Source: Anthoceros angustus
Taxonomy: Eukaryota > Plantae > Anthocerotophyta
Direction of reading: 5' to 3'
DNA: 64,000 nt
NCBI GenBank assembly: GCA_010909165.1
Contig: MU008158.1
Span: forward strand, 2,009,478-2,073,477
The notes under the pieces were generated by a model, which had not been told where the DNA came from, did no database searches, and was given only the letters and a program-made list of their open reading frames with translations. This document shows, piece by piece, positions 27,856 to 38,574 of the stretch. Each line of letters starts with the position of its first letter. The first letter of the stretch is position 1. The position numbers and the translations under genes are program-made.

Positions 27856-27897
27856 GTCCATTCTCCACGAAGGTAAATTGGCCTTTAAGTGGGAGGT

Positions 27898-28151
27898 TGT
27901 AAGGGTATTAAAGCCCAATGTACTTAGACTAATACACTTAGTCTAAGTTAGGTGTCGATTATATCATTAGTTTAGCTTAAGCTAATCACTAGGAAGCTTC
28001 TTGTGCTCCTTCCTAGGAGCTTCTTGTGGAGCTTCCTAGGAGCCCTATTGGAGGGTATAAATACCTCCAAGCCTCATCTCAAAGTGAGAGAGCTACTCTT
28101 GCCTCCTCCTCTCTCCTCCTTCCACCAAAGATGTCGCCCCACGATCCTTCA
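27898..28151 (+). repeat. 3' LTR of copia element 2, preceded by the PPT AAGTGGGAGG
   Basis: Direct repeat of the 5' LTR; includes the TATAAATA box. Confidence 0.95.
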
Positions 28152-28279
28152 AAACCACTCTCTTCATCGGGAACATAATTGGTAATGTAACGGGGGCCTT
28201 CTTCTACTGCAACATACGATTGCAAAGCTAACTACCGTGGTATGGTTTCCAAGCCAAAGTGGGTGTAATAAGGGGCGGT

Positions 28280-28644
28280 CATGGCAATGCAGCGGTAGAA
28301 AGAGGTAGATAAGAACTGAGTGTGATGGTGTGCTGTGTGTGTGGTGGCATGATGAGTGGCATGGGTATGGAAATAGGATGGTGTCGTGGTTATGTGGACC
28401 ATACAAGCGTAATCACAAGCGCAATTACGGCTCGGCGGCGAAGATCTCCCATGTGCGGGTGTGATCACGGCGCTTGAATTCGGGCCGAATTAAGATCGGC
28501 GGTAGGCTACAAAGTGAATCCGTCATTGAGGCGGATTGTTGATGTCCGATTCAATAGAACATGATGCATCCCAAGCATTTTTTAGCACCTTGTGATGCTT
28601 CACCGTGTGTGTGCAGGACAACCATCCCAAGTCAAGAATTTTGC
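28280..28644 (+). repeat. Split direct repeat A1
   Basis: CATGGCA..GGTAGAAAGAGGTAGATAAGAA....CCCAAGTCAAGAATTTTGC recurs at ~36666-37051 and ~37952-38326. Confidence 0.92.
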
Positions 28645-28699
28645 ACATCAACAATCCGGTGAAGCGGTTAGCCACTCGAAGGGTCCGAGAGGGGCCCGA

Positions 28700-30000
28700 G
28701 ATTCGACGGAAGACGGAGAAGAGGAAGTCAATCGGTGACCCCAAGCCGGTGAACATACGATAAGTCCATGGTATCGCCGAAAACACCTTGGATTATTCAC
28801 GCTTTATGCGTGCGATCCATTCGTGGAGTGGGCCGATGGTGGAGCCGGAAGTATGATTTTGGCAACGCTCGGAGTGAGGTGATTGTCGGGCATGGCGGAT
28901 GGACGGGAAGGAACCCGACACCAACTTTGACTAATGCCTTACATAGTCTCGGGGGAGGGATTGATAGTGATGGTGTTACTACGTGGTGGATTTAACGAAA
29001 GCACACCGACAACGGCTTACAATCCGGGCATGCCTTCTCCGTAGGACAAGTGGTCGCTTTGAGGAGTCACACTATCGATCCATTGACTTTGAAGAAAATC
29101 GTGGTGGCGCCGGGATGGATTATGAACCGCCAAAAATGATGTGTTCACAGACACGGTAGTATGTCTCTTGCTGACTTTGAAGAGAAGTTCGGATGGGCGA
29201 TTGATGAGATGGTGCTCAAATACAAGTCCGAGTTCACACCGGAGATGGCACTCGGAAAGATGAGCACGCTTTCTAGGGTGAAGCTTTAACTGCTATCGTG
29301 ATCGCAAAGAAAAGATACCGCAGATGCACACATGTCGCGCGAATGAAGGCAAGGAAAGGCTCCAAGGTCGATGATGAAGAACCAGGATCATCGGGTTCAT
29401 CGCAATCCGAGGTCATCACTTATTTGGTGGACGAGATGTTCGTCAAGTTTGGTGAGATGTTCCCAGATCTTCCATTGAGAAAATCCAAGAGTTGTCAAAG
29501 TTTGTGATCGAATGAGCCTCTAAGATCCGTGATATCTACGGTTGAGGCGGTGAAAGACACCAAGGTGAAGACCATGAGGAGGCAACAAGAATATACATTG
29601 CACAGAAGACAGAGGAGGGTGATCGCCAACTTTCTCGCATATGCTACATGGATTATGAGTTGGAGCAGCGTAGATGGCCGAAAGAGTTATGAAGGAGATG
29701 TCACCAATGCTCGGGAGGAGCACAATGTGATCGAGGTCACACGACAACATTGAAGCGGAAGTCACATTATCGCGAGCAGTGTGAACGCCAACGCAGAGAG
29801 TCGCCATCAAAGGATCAAGTGGCTCATAGCTACCGTAAGCTTCAAGACATCCATAAAGTGTTTGTGCAAGGGGCCGCATAAGGCGTATGAATGTGAGCAT
29901 CGTGTTGGTGGGTCAAAGGAGAAAGAGGCGTGCAGGGCATGTGGTAAAACCGGACATACGGCTTCTGGCAAGCCCATCCCGAACTCAAACCCAAGGGCCT
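28700..30000 (+). pseudogene. gag-like ORF of the gypsy-type element
   Basis: Zn-knuckle-like CRACGKTGH at ~29930-29960, upstream of pol. Confidence 0.55.
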
Positions 30001-31249
30001 AGGAGACCGAGCAATGGACAAGCGAATCGCGAGCTACACTCGGAAAGTTAATCGCTTAGTGAGGTGCAGCCGCAAGAGCGCTGAGCGTGAGCATAAACAA
30101 GGACTCCGGAAACCTATGACTGGACGAAGATGTGTTTGCGTTGATGACGGAAAGGTCAAGGCACCAAAGTGGGAAGCATTGATTTCGGCAAGGGTGTAAA
30201 AGTGAAGGCCGATGGGGATAGGAATCGTTGAGAATGCCCAAGTCAGATCCAGACGAGGACGACGCCACACATCGAGATGAGGTTGTTCCTGCAGATTCAT
30301 TGGAAAAAGCCATGGATGTACCGGTAAGTTTGCGGGACACGGGATCGGACACAACCGCTCAAGCAAGCAATGCGGGCATGGATTAAGAAGGAAGCCACCG
30401 AGTTGAACATGGTGTCCGGGCTTGTCACCACGTGGTGATCACCTAAAGCCGCTAGGGAAAGGTGGAATAGCGTTAGTGAAGAATCGCAACGAGAAGTCAC
30501 CGCCAATGGCTTTGCACCGGAGTGTGTTAGTAGACAGTGCCGATCCGGTGTTGCTTGGGGCAGGTGCAAGAAGCAATCGAATGGAGACAAGCGGGGTGTG
30601 AGGTACGGATCACCACATCCGCAGCACCAAAGAATGTGTGATGGGGATGACTCGCGATCCGATTCGGATAGAGTATGAACAGCAGATGCGTGTGGTGGAA
30701 GTACATTGTTTGGTTTCGATGCACGAAACTATGATGTGTTATTGGGTGCGATGCTACGACGGCCAGAATGGGGTGGATCCGTGCACTCTGGCGTTTATAG
30801 GCCAAAGTGGCGGATGGAGATTTCACACATGTCAATTCCTCCGGACATGAGGAGGCATGGTGAAAGATCAAGAAGTATGTGGCTCACGGCGGCATGAAAG
30901 TGTTCACCGAGGGAGGTGTGGGAAGAGACAAGACTGCACGACACGAGGTGTCGAAGAAAGCACACATCGAATGATGTGCGCGTGAGTCAGACTCCCACCC
31001 GTAGAGGAGGCTTTGGAAAGAGAGCGATTCGGCGAGCGGATGCAAATATGGCGAATCACCGCAATTGTCCGGAAGAAGCCCGCCATGAAAATAGGAAACT
31101 GGGGTTACAAATCGATAACCAAGTGATTCGGTGGCGAGTGCAACAGGGCATCCATCTCATGGAGTTGTGTTCGGATTAGTAGTGGATGGAGTGTGCTGCG
31201 ATGGGGATTCGTAAAGTATACGTGTAGAAATTGATGAGAAGACTCGGCG

Positions 31250-34200
31250 GGCCAAATCCGGGATTATCGGCTACAAAAATGCATCCGAGCTTCGAGTGTG
31301 GAAGCCATAAGAGGGTGCGACCAAAGCCACGATGTGATGCTGGTGGGAAAAGCACGCTGTGCAATGAGATGCCCGGTTGACATGATGATTGCGGTGGATG
31401 GGAGTGCAAGACCTTTTCCAAGGCCGGACGTGGTCAAGGCAACGGAGTGCATCGGGCGGGGAAGTGATACGGATCGAGAGAAGTGCAGCGATGCAATCCG
31501 GCATGTTGGTACGGAGAATGTTTGAGCTTTGACAAACGGGTCATGTGAGAGAAAAATTATGAAAAGGTCGAGTCGGGCGAGGAGTTCATCATTGACGGTG
31601 CAAACAGGTCGATGCTCATCGCCTCCGCAGCTCGAAACATTGCAGTGTGGAAACACTCAGCAAAGATCAGTTTAACCACACCAACTAAGCGGAACTGGAT
31701 GGGATCCTTGAGGAGGCGGATCGCAGTGAGCGTGGATGGATAGGTTGCCACACTATCCTCACAATATTGTGGGAGAACCCAGAGAGCTTGGCCCACAGGT
31801 CAAGACGGCTCACCATATGCCTTTCGCCGAGGTGGTGCGGGCATGGTATTGAACATGAATGGTGAGGAGATGGGGAACCCACGATTGTAGAGAACGAGCG
31901 ATGGGTTTTGACGATGGCGCACCTATACGCGAGGTGTGTCAAGCTTTCGATGCAAACCTGGGACAAGCATTTGACGACTGTGTTCAATGGTTGGTGAGTG
32001 TGGAATAGCCACACAAATGCAAGTCGATAGACAGGGAAGGTCGTGCATGATGATGGGTGACGGGAAGAGTTACAAATCAGACAAGTACCCAAATCTGAAT
32101 AGTGCGAAGTATCATCGCGAGTGGAAAGCACGAGTGGGCATTCAACTCATGTATGGCAAATATGTGAGGACTTGAATATCGAGGATCAATGCAGGATCCG
32201 GAGATCTTTGGAGAAGAATCGGGTACCTTCGCTCACCGGCAAGAGCGGGACGTTATGAGCGCATCAAGTTCAAAATCATCACTACTACCAATGAGCCGGC
32301 TCAAGAACAAGTTGAGCCCAGCAGAGTGGGACATTGTGGATAAACGGTGTAGGGAACTTGCACTGGATTAATTCGGAAATCAAGTTCAAAGATGTCTGCT
32401 ACCACGGTCCTTCCGCTAAAGAAGACAAACGGCGAATGGAAGGACGGATGTGTGGAGATTATCGACGAATGAGGTAACGCCTATGGAGCGATATCCCATG
32501 CCTACCCTGATGAAATCTTTGACGCGATTGGGCCAAGTATTTTCTGACGGATTTCGCTCGATTCAATCAAATTGTCATCAAGAAGAAGACAAGTGTAAAA
32601 CGGCTTTCGGGGCAAAGAAGTTTGTGGGAATGGGAGATGCCTTTTGGGCTGAAAACGCTTCCATCTACTTTGAGGGTGGCGACTTGGAGTTGCAAGGATT
32701 ACCATTCGTGAGGTGTTACATTGATGACATGGTGTTAGCGCCTGAGGAACACATTCAACACCGAAACGTTGCCGCAGAGATCGCCTGTCAAGGCACATCC
32801 AAAGAAGTGTAAGTTTGCTTACAAGGAGATAGAATACTCACAAGATTGTGCCAGAGGCGTCCGCTGGCGAAGGTGCATCAATCTTATGCCAAGACCAAGG
32901 GACGAGCTGCGTTGAGAGCATTCTTGGGACTCGTCAACTATTATCGCCGATTCATCGAACATGAGCGACTTGCAAGGTATTGTATGATCCGATGAAAAAG
33001 GGGCACAGGCTGGGAGCAAAAAACATGAACATGCTTGGCGGAGTTAAAGGATCAATTAAAGGCCCATGCTCAAACGCGGCTGATTTTGAAAAACCGTTCA
33101 CTCAGATACCGACCGGAGTGCAATCGGAATCGAGCCGACTTGCAGTGGATCGGGAAGGAAAAGAAAGAGTGATTGATGCGTAGCAGTAGGTAACAATTGC
33201 GGAAGCCAATTATTCGTCGTATGAGGGTGAATGTTTGGGCGTGTGGGCGCTTCTACATTTAATTTATTTGTTCGGCAGAGCTTCCAACTCGAATCGATCA
33301 CCAGCCGCTGTAATCGTTAATGACGAACATGAAGTTGAGTGGCAAGCTCGCAAGGTGGGCGTCAGCCGAATATGATATGCACATAGTGCACGGCAAAGTA
33401 CATCACAATGCGGATGGACTTAGGGAACCCAAGATTGATGACAAAGATGGACTGCGCGCGGGCAGATTTTGATCATGCTCATGCCAAGCATGTATATGGC
33501 TCTCATGGCCACAAGTCGTGAAGGAAGAAAACAACTCAATGAGGGAGGACGAGACATATGGAAATATGGGCATGCTATTCGCTATTGAAGGAAGGGAAGT
33601 AAGTTGGACTAGATGCCGCATTCAAAAGCTGCGACGGGTCATGAGGTATACCGGAGGGATGGCAAATTGTTAGTGATGATCGTGGAGTGTAAAATGGTCC
33701 CTCCCATAGAGGAACGGAACAGATAGTGAGTAAAGTGCACAAGACACTTGGGCACTTTGTAAAAAAGGACGCATCATATGTCAAGAGTGCCTATTTTTGG
33801 TCCGGAATGTACTCACCGAGCGAGTGGTGTCGAGATGTGCTTGTGATGCAAAGCAAGGTTCAACCAGGATGTGGTGTTGCATTGCCGCCTATTCGGTCAT
33901 TTTCTTTCGATGGTCCGTTGACCTCATGCCGAGCTACCATTGACCAAGCAAGGCAACAAGCATTGTATGCTCATGATAGAACACTTCTCAAGTGGGTGGA
34001 ATTGGCATTCCTTCCACCGAACTTCCCACCACAAGACGAGCTTTCTAAGGCGTTTTGAGCGATATGGAAGCATGCGGAGGTGCCGGCGATCAAGGAAACG
34101 AAGAGGAGAGTTCCAAGCGTTGTTGGATCGGAGTTTGATAGATCACGCACGCCACGGATCATCCTCGTGCGATGGTTTAGCGTAAAGGCCGGTGCAAACT

Positions 34201-34860
34201 TTCAAGGATTCACTTCGCACGCAAAATCGAGCCTAATTGTTGGGATGAGTTGCTACTACGCTGCCGGCTGGGATCGCTGTGCAGCAGGCAACTTCACCTT
34301 ACATCATGTTTGGTGAATGTCGCCCAACATAGTGGCGACATATTCCAAACCGTGGACACACAGATGTGGATGAGTGTTGCTCGAGTTACGAAACCGGGCC
34401 AAGTTGTTACAACGAGTGATACCCATGGCGATGGACAATCCGCCATCGCACGAGATCAATTGAGGTATGCATTCACACGAGGAGGATCATGGAAGCCAAA
34501 GAAAGTTCGGTGGGTGATTTCGTGTATCTTCAACATCGCCCTTCCGCACTTTGGACGTAAACACGGACGGTTGATTTTGAGAGTGGTGAACGCGTTGGTG
34601 AGCAAGGGGTCATCGAGTTGGAAGGGGCAAGATGGGCGCCGATGCAAGGAGCACATGCGACATCCGCCCTGCCACTTGCCGAATCTTGATACGCATACAA
34701 CCACAAGCATGGAAGCCACTGTTGATGCCGTGCGAACACCGTGGTCAAATCACGACCTGAACGTTGTGTGACCAGGTGCAACCAAGGACATCATGTCTTT
34801 TGTCTTCGACCGCTGAAAGCGATCCGGAAGGAGAATGGTTTTGTCACAAATGCACGACGG
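31250..34860 (+). pseudogene. gypsy pol: protease region-RT-RNase H-integrase-PHD finger (frameshifted)
   Basis: RMCGDYR, RYPMP, EEDKCKTAF, MPFGLK, FVRCYIDD (32717-32728); DFEKPF, AEANYSSYEGECL, DHQPL, KLARW, HNADGL; VHKTLGHF..YFWSGM; WSVDL..MIEHF.KWVE, DQG, DGLA*R; C..C..CD.CNQGHHVFCL..PEGEWFCHKC (34731-34853). Confidence 0.93.
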
Positions 34861-34999
34861 AAAAGTTAGGGGAAAGAAGCGGGGGTAAACGCGACTCACG
34901 GTGTGGGCGTGAAGAGAGTCACTAAAGGGAAGGTCTAGAAACCCTACTTGCCTTATCGATATGGTTGTGTGAGACGACGTCTGGTTGGCGCGCAAGGGA

Positions 35000-36597
35000 A
35001 GTAAAGGTGTGGACGGAGGATTGGCAAAGGAGGATTCTAATAGATGGAGGATTCAGCGATCCATTGGAGAAGGCGAAATTCTTGGAGAACAGTGTGAGTG
35101 CATCGACCTGCGGTGCGGAAGGTGAAGGGGTCACAGTGCATGTGGAGAGAAAGCTAATGCGGTGACCGCCGTGGTGCGAGAAGCAAGGAAGGCGGCTCGA
35201 TGGACATCAACAACGAGTTGTTGCGGTGAAGGAAAGGCGATGACGATGGAACATCAGTGCGAATCGAGTCGTAATAAAGGCGTAGAAGTTGCAGTCGTAG
35301 ATAGGGATAAGAGGCAAAGTGACAAAAGTGAAAAGGCGGTGATCACAAGAATTGGGGTGAAGAACAAGCGCAAGGTGGTCATGGCATCAAGTGTCCGGAT
35401 GTGAGCACGAGAGAGGGTGCATGGTATGTTATGTAGACGGCAAGTGACAAGTGGCGTGACGATACATGTAAGACCAAGTGACATTCGATCGTAATCGCCA
35501 CCTTGTGTTGACTAACAAGCAAGACACTCGCTTTGCAAGGCCGTTGCAACATAGGTAGTCTGTGAATCAAGTTCATATGGTTGTTTGACCAACACTAACA
35601 ACACCCGCTTTCCAAATTCGAGAGCATCAAAGAGGGGTTCTTGGGGACAACACGTGGTTGACATGGATATGGAAGCGGACCACACTTGCAAATCATGCTT
35701 CCGGAGAATGAGCACAAGTGTTCCGCAATTTCAGACATGGGAAGACAAGTGGAAAACACCGTTGGTAAGGAAGTATCACCGGTAAACCCGAACGACCGAG
35801 ACATTTCGAGTTGCAAGCATTTTTGTATATGGAATCACACCATGAGGGCTGCAACATAGAGAGTTTTCCTTATGATCATAGAGATCTTTTGAGTCGGGTG
35901 AAGGGGCATGAACAGCAAAGCTTCGTGGACCGCCATCGTGAAGGGGCCTTTCAAAATCGGAACATCACCTGCTCATGCATCGTGTTTGATCACCGCCCAT
36001 CAAGGGTTCTTAATGTACAGCACAAGGAAAACCACCGACCCACGGTCCGAAAGTTTGGCTAAGTCACTTGCAGAGAAAAGGCGGTCGCCATCGCACCCAC
36101 GAGCTTTCTGTGGTGTTTGCTTACGCACGTGAGTGTTGGAATGGGATGAAGCCACCGAATCTTGGTATCTTGAACGACAATGTGGGTGATTATCCGAGGC
36201 AGTGTATCGAAAAGATTATGTAAATGGTTTGAATGGGTGGCAACGCCTAGGGTGAAGACCGAACTAGATAGCGATGAAGAAGAAGAACTCATGGCGCGGC
36301 ATCGAGCGAAAGAACGGGCAATTGGGCAAAGCACAAGTTGATGAGTATTTCGATCCGGAAGAGCGACGGTGGTCAGTATTAGCCAGGAGAATGGATCACG
36401 ATAAACCGCCGGAACCACAACTAAGGGATGGCATGTTCAAGGTTTTACCGACGATTCTACGGCATTTGAGAGTGCCAAAGTGGTGCTTACAACAACGCCC
36501 GCCATACGAAGCCCAACTTTGTGGGGCCATTTGTAAACGCATGACCGGAGGTGGTGATGACGCATGTGGCCCAAGGTTACGAGTTGATAGCAAGTAG
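35000..36597 (+). pseudogene. Additional ORF, putative HUH (Rep-type) endonuclease
   Basis: One frame reads FESIKEGFLGTTRG*HGYGSGPHLQIML (PHLQ at 35680-35691), like Rep motif II, then SCKHFCIWNHTMRAA; the catalytic YxxK is not cleanly readable; stop codon lies inside B1. Confidence 0.5.
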
Positions 36598-37185
36598 TTA
36601 AAAGACTTTTGTTTTGTGGATTTTGATAGGATGGCATGCCGCCATGTCCGCTATGCCGCGACCGCCATGGCACGCAGTGGTAGAAAGAGGTAGATAAGAA
36701 CTGGTGTGATGGTGTGCGTGTGCTATGTGTGTGGTGGCATGATGAGTGGCATGGGTATGGAAATAGGATGGTGTCGTGTTATGGACCATACAAGGCGTAA
36801 TACGGCCAAGCGCATCACGGCTGGCTGGCGAAGATCTCCGACATGTGCGGTGTGATCACGGCCGAATTGGGGCCAAGAATTAAGATCGGCGGCGGTGTAG
36901 GCTACAAAGTCCAATCCGTCATTGAGGGCGGATTGTTGATGTCTCGATTCAATAGAACAAATGATGTATCCCAAGCATCTTTTGAAAGCACCGTGTGATG
37001 CTTCAAATGTGGTGTGTGCAGAGGACAACCATCCCAAGTCAAGAATTTTGCCATTTGTAAACGCAGTGAAACGAGATGGTGATGACGCACGTGGCCCAAG
37101 GGTATGAGTTGATAAAGTAGTTAAAAGACTTTTGTTTTGCATTTTGATAGATGGCATGTTTCGCCATGTCCGCTTATGCATGCGA
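36526..37185 (+). repeat. B1-A2-B2 block of split direct repeats
   Basis: GCCATTTGTAAACGCA...GGTGATGACGCA.GTGGCCCAAGG...AAAAGACTTTTGTTTTG...CCATGTCCGCT occurs on both sides of A2. Confidence 0.92.
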
Positions 37186-38544
37186 CGTGCGCAGTTGGTA
37201 GTTACATGACCCCAAAATTGCAACATGAGTGTTACATCCTGGGTCCAAATCTTAACATAAAGTGTAACATAGGGTGCCCTTTTCTAGTAGGGAAGGTATT
37301 CTGTTTATTGTCGCCACGAATCTCTTCAAAACTTTGCCGCTTTGTGCTCGCCATTTGTGTTTCGCCATCGCCGGGTACCCACGAGCTTTCTGAGTGTTTG
37401 CTTACGCCGCAGAGTGTTGGAATGGGATGAAGCCACTCAATCTTGGTATCTTGACGACAATGTGGGTGATTATCCGAGGCACGGTGTATCGAAAACAGAT
37501 TATGTAAATGGTTTGAATGGTGTGGCGCCTAGGGTGAAGGCGAACTAGATAGCGATGAAGAAGAAGAACTCATGGCGCGGCATCGAGCGAAAGAGCAACG
37601 CAGTTGGGCAAAGCACAAGTTGATGAGTATTTCGATCCGGAAGAGCGGCGTGTGGCTGCGTTATTAGCCACGGGGAGAATGGATCACGATAAACCGTCGG
37701 AACCACAACTAAGGGATGGCATGTTCAAGGTTTTACCGGATTCTACGGCATTTGAGAGTGCCAAAGTGGTGCTTTCACAACATGACGCCTACGAAGCCCA
37801 ACTTTGGCGGGGCCATTTAGCAGTGAAAGCAGGTGGTGATGACGCATGTGGCCCAAGGTTACGAGTTGATAGCAAGTAGTTGAAAGACTTTTGTTTTGTG
37901 GATTTTGATAGGATGGCATGCGCCATGTCCGCTATCTGCCGTGGCGCGTGCCATGGCATGTATGATGGTAGAAAGAGGTAGATAAGAATAAGGTGATGGT
38001 GTGTGTGTGCTATGTGTGTGGTGGCATGATGAGTGGCATGGGTATGGAAATAGGATGGTGTCGTGGTTATGTGGACCATACAAGCGGAATACTGGTCAAG
38101 CGCAATTAAGGCTCGGCGAAGATCTCCGACATGTGCGGTGTGATCACGGCGCGGGCAAGATAATTAAGATCGGCGGCGGTGTAGGCTACAAAGTCCAATC
38201 CGTCATTGAGGGCGGATTGTTGATGTCGATTCAATAGAACAGCGAGACGGATCCCAAGCACTTTTCGAGCACCTTGTGATGCTTGGTGGTGTGTCAGAGG
38301 ACAACCATCCCAAGTCGGAATTTTGCCATTTGTAAGCAGTGACGGAGATGGTGATGACGCATGTGGCCCAAGGGTATGAGTTGATAGCAAGTAGTTAAAA
38401 GACTTTTTGTTTTGCAGATTTTGATAGGATGGCATGCTGCCATGTCCGCTATGCGGCCGTGGCGCGACAGGCGCAATAAGTGTTACATGACCCCAAAATT
38501 GCAACATGAGTGTTACATCCAGGGGTCCAAATCTTAACATAAAG

Positions 38545-38574
38545 TGTAACATAGGGTGCCCTTTTCTAGTAGGG
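38545..38574 (-). repeat. Right 30-bp TIR of the CCCTA element
   Basis: TGTAACATAGGGTGCCCTTTTCTAGTAGGG followed by the TSD AAG. Confidence 0.96.

Larger units (their letters stand above)
22914..28151 (+). mobile_element. Full-length Ty1/copia LTR retrotransposon (element 2, Tnt1/Tork-like)
   Basis: TG..CA LTRs at 22914-23155 and 27898-28151; AAAAC before and AAAC(C) after (TSD with one homopolymer base missing); PBS, PPT and gag-PR-INT-RT-RH order. Confidence 0.95.
28280..37185 (+). mobile_element. Ty3/gypsy-type retroelement with split direct repeats (A1...B1-A2-B2), PHD-integrase and an extra Rep/HUH-like ORF
   Basis: A1 28280-28644 = A2 ~36666-37051; B1 36526-~36660 = B2 37050-~37185; gypsy domain order inside; no TG..CA termini, PBS or TSD found. 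Confidence 0.88.
8995..38574 (+). mobile_element. CACTA/CMC DNA transposon with CCCTA termini (~14.1 kb native, 29.6 kb with nested insertions)
   Basis: Perfect 30-bp TIR CCCTACTAGAAAAGGGCACCCTATGTTACA (8995-9024 and 38545-38574); 3-bp TSD AAG (8992-8994, 38575-38577); removing it restores the copia integrase frame RSDNKQEYLTHDFQPFCREKG; internal CACTA transposase. Confidence 0.96.

Noticed and set aside
28280-28644. Block A as a conventional 5' LTR
   Set aside because: No TG..CA, PBS or TSD, and block B flanks only the 3' copy, on both sides.
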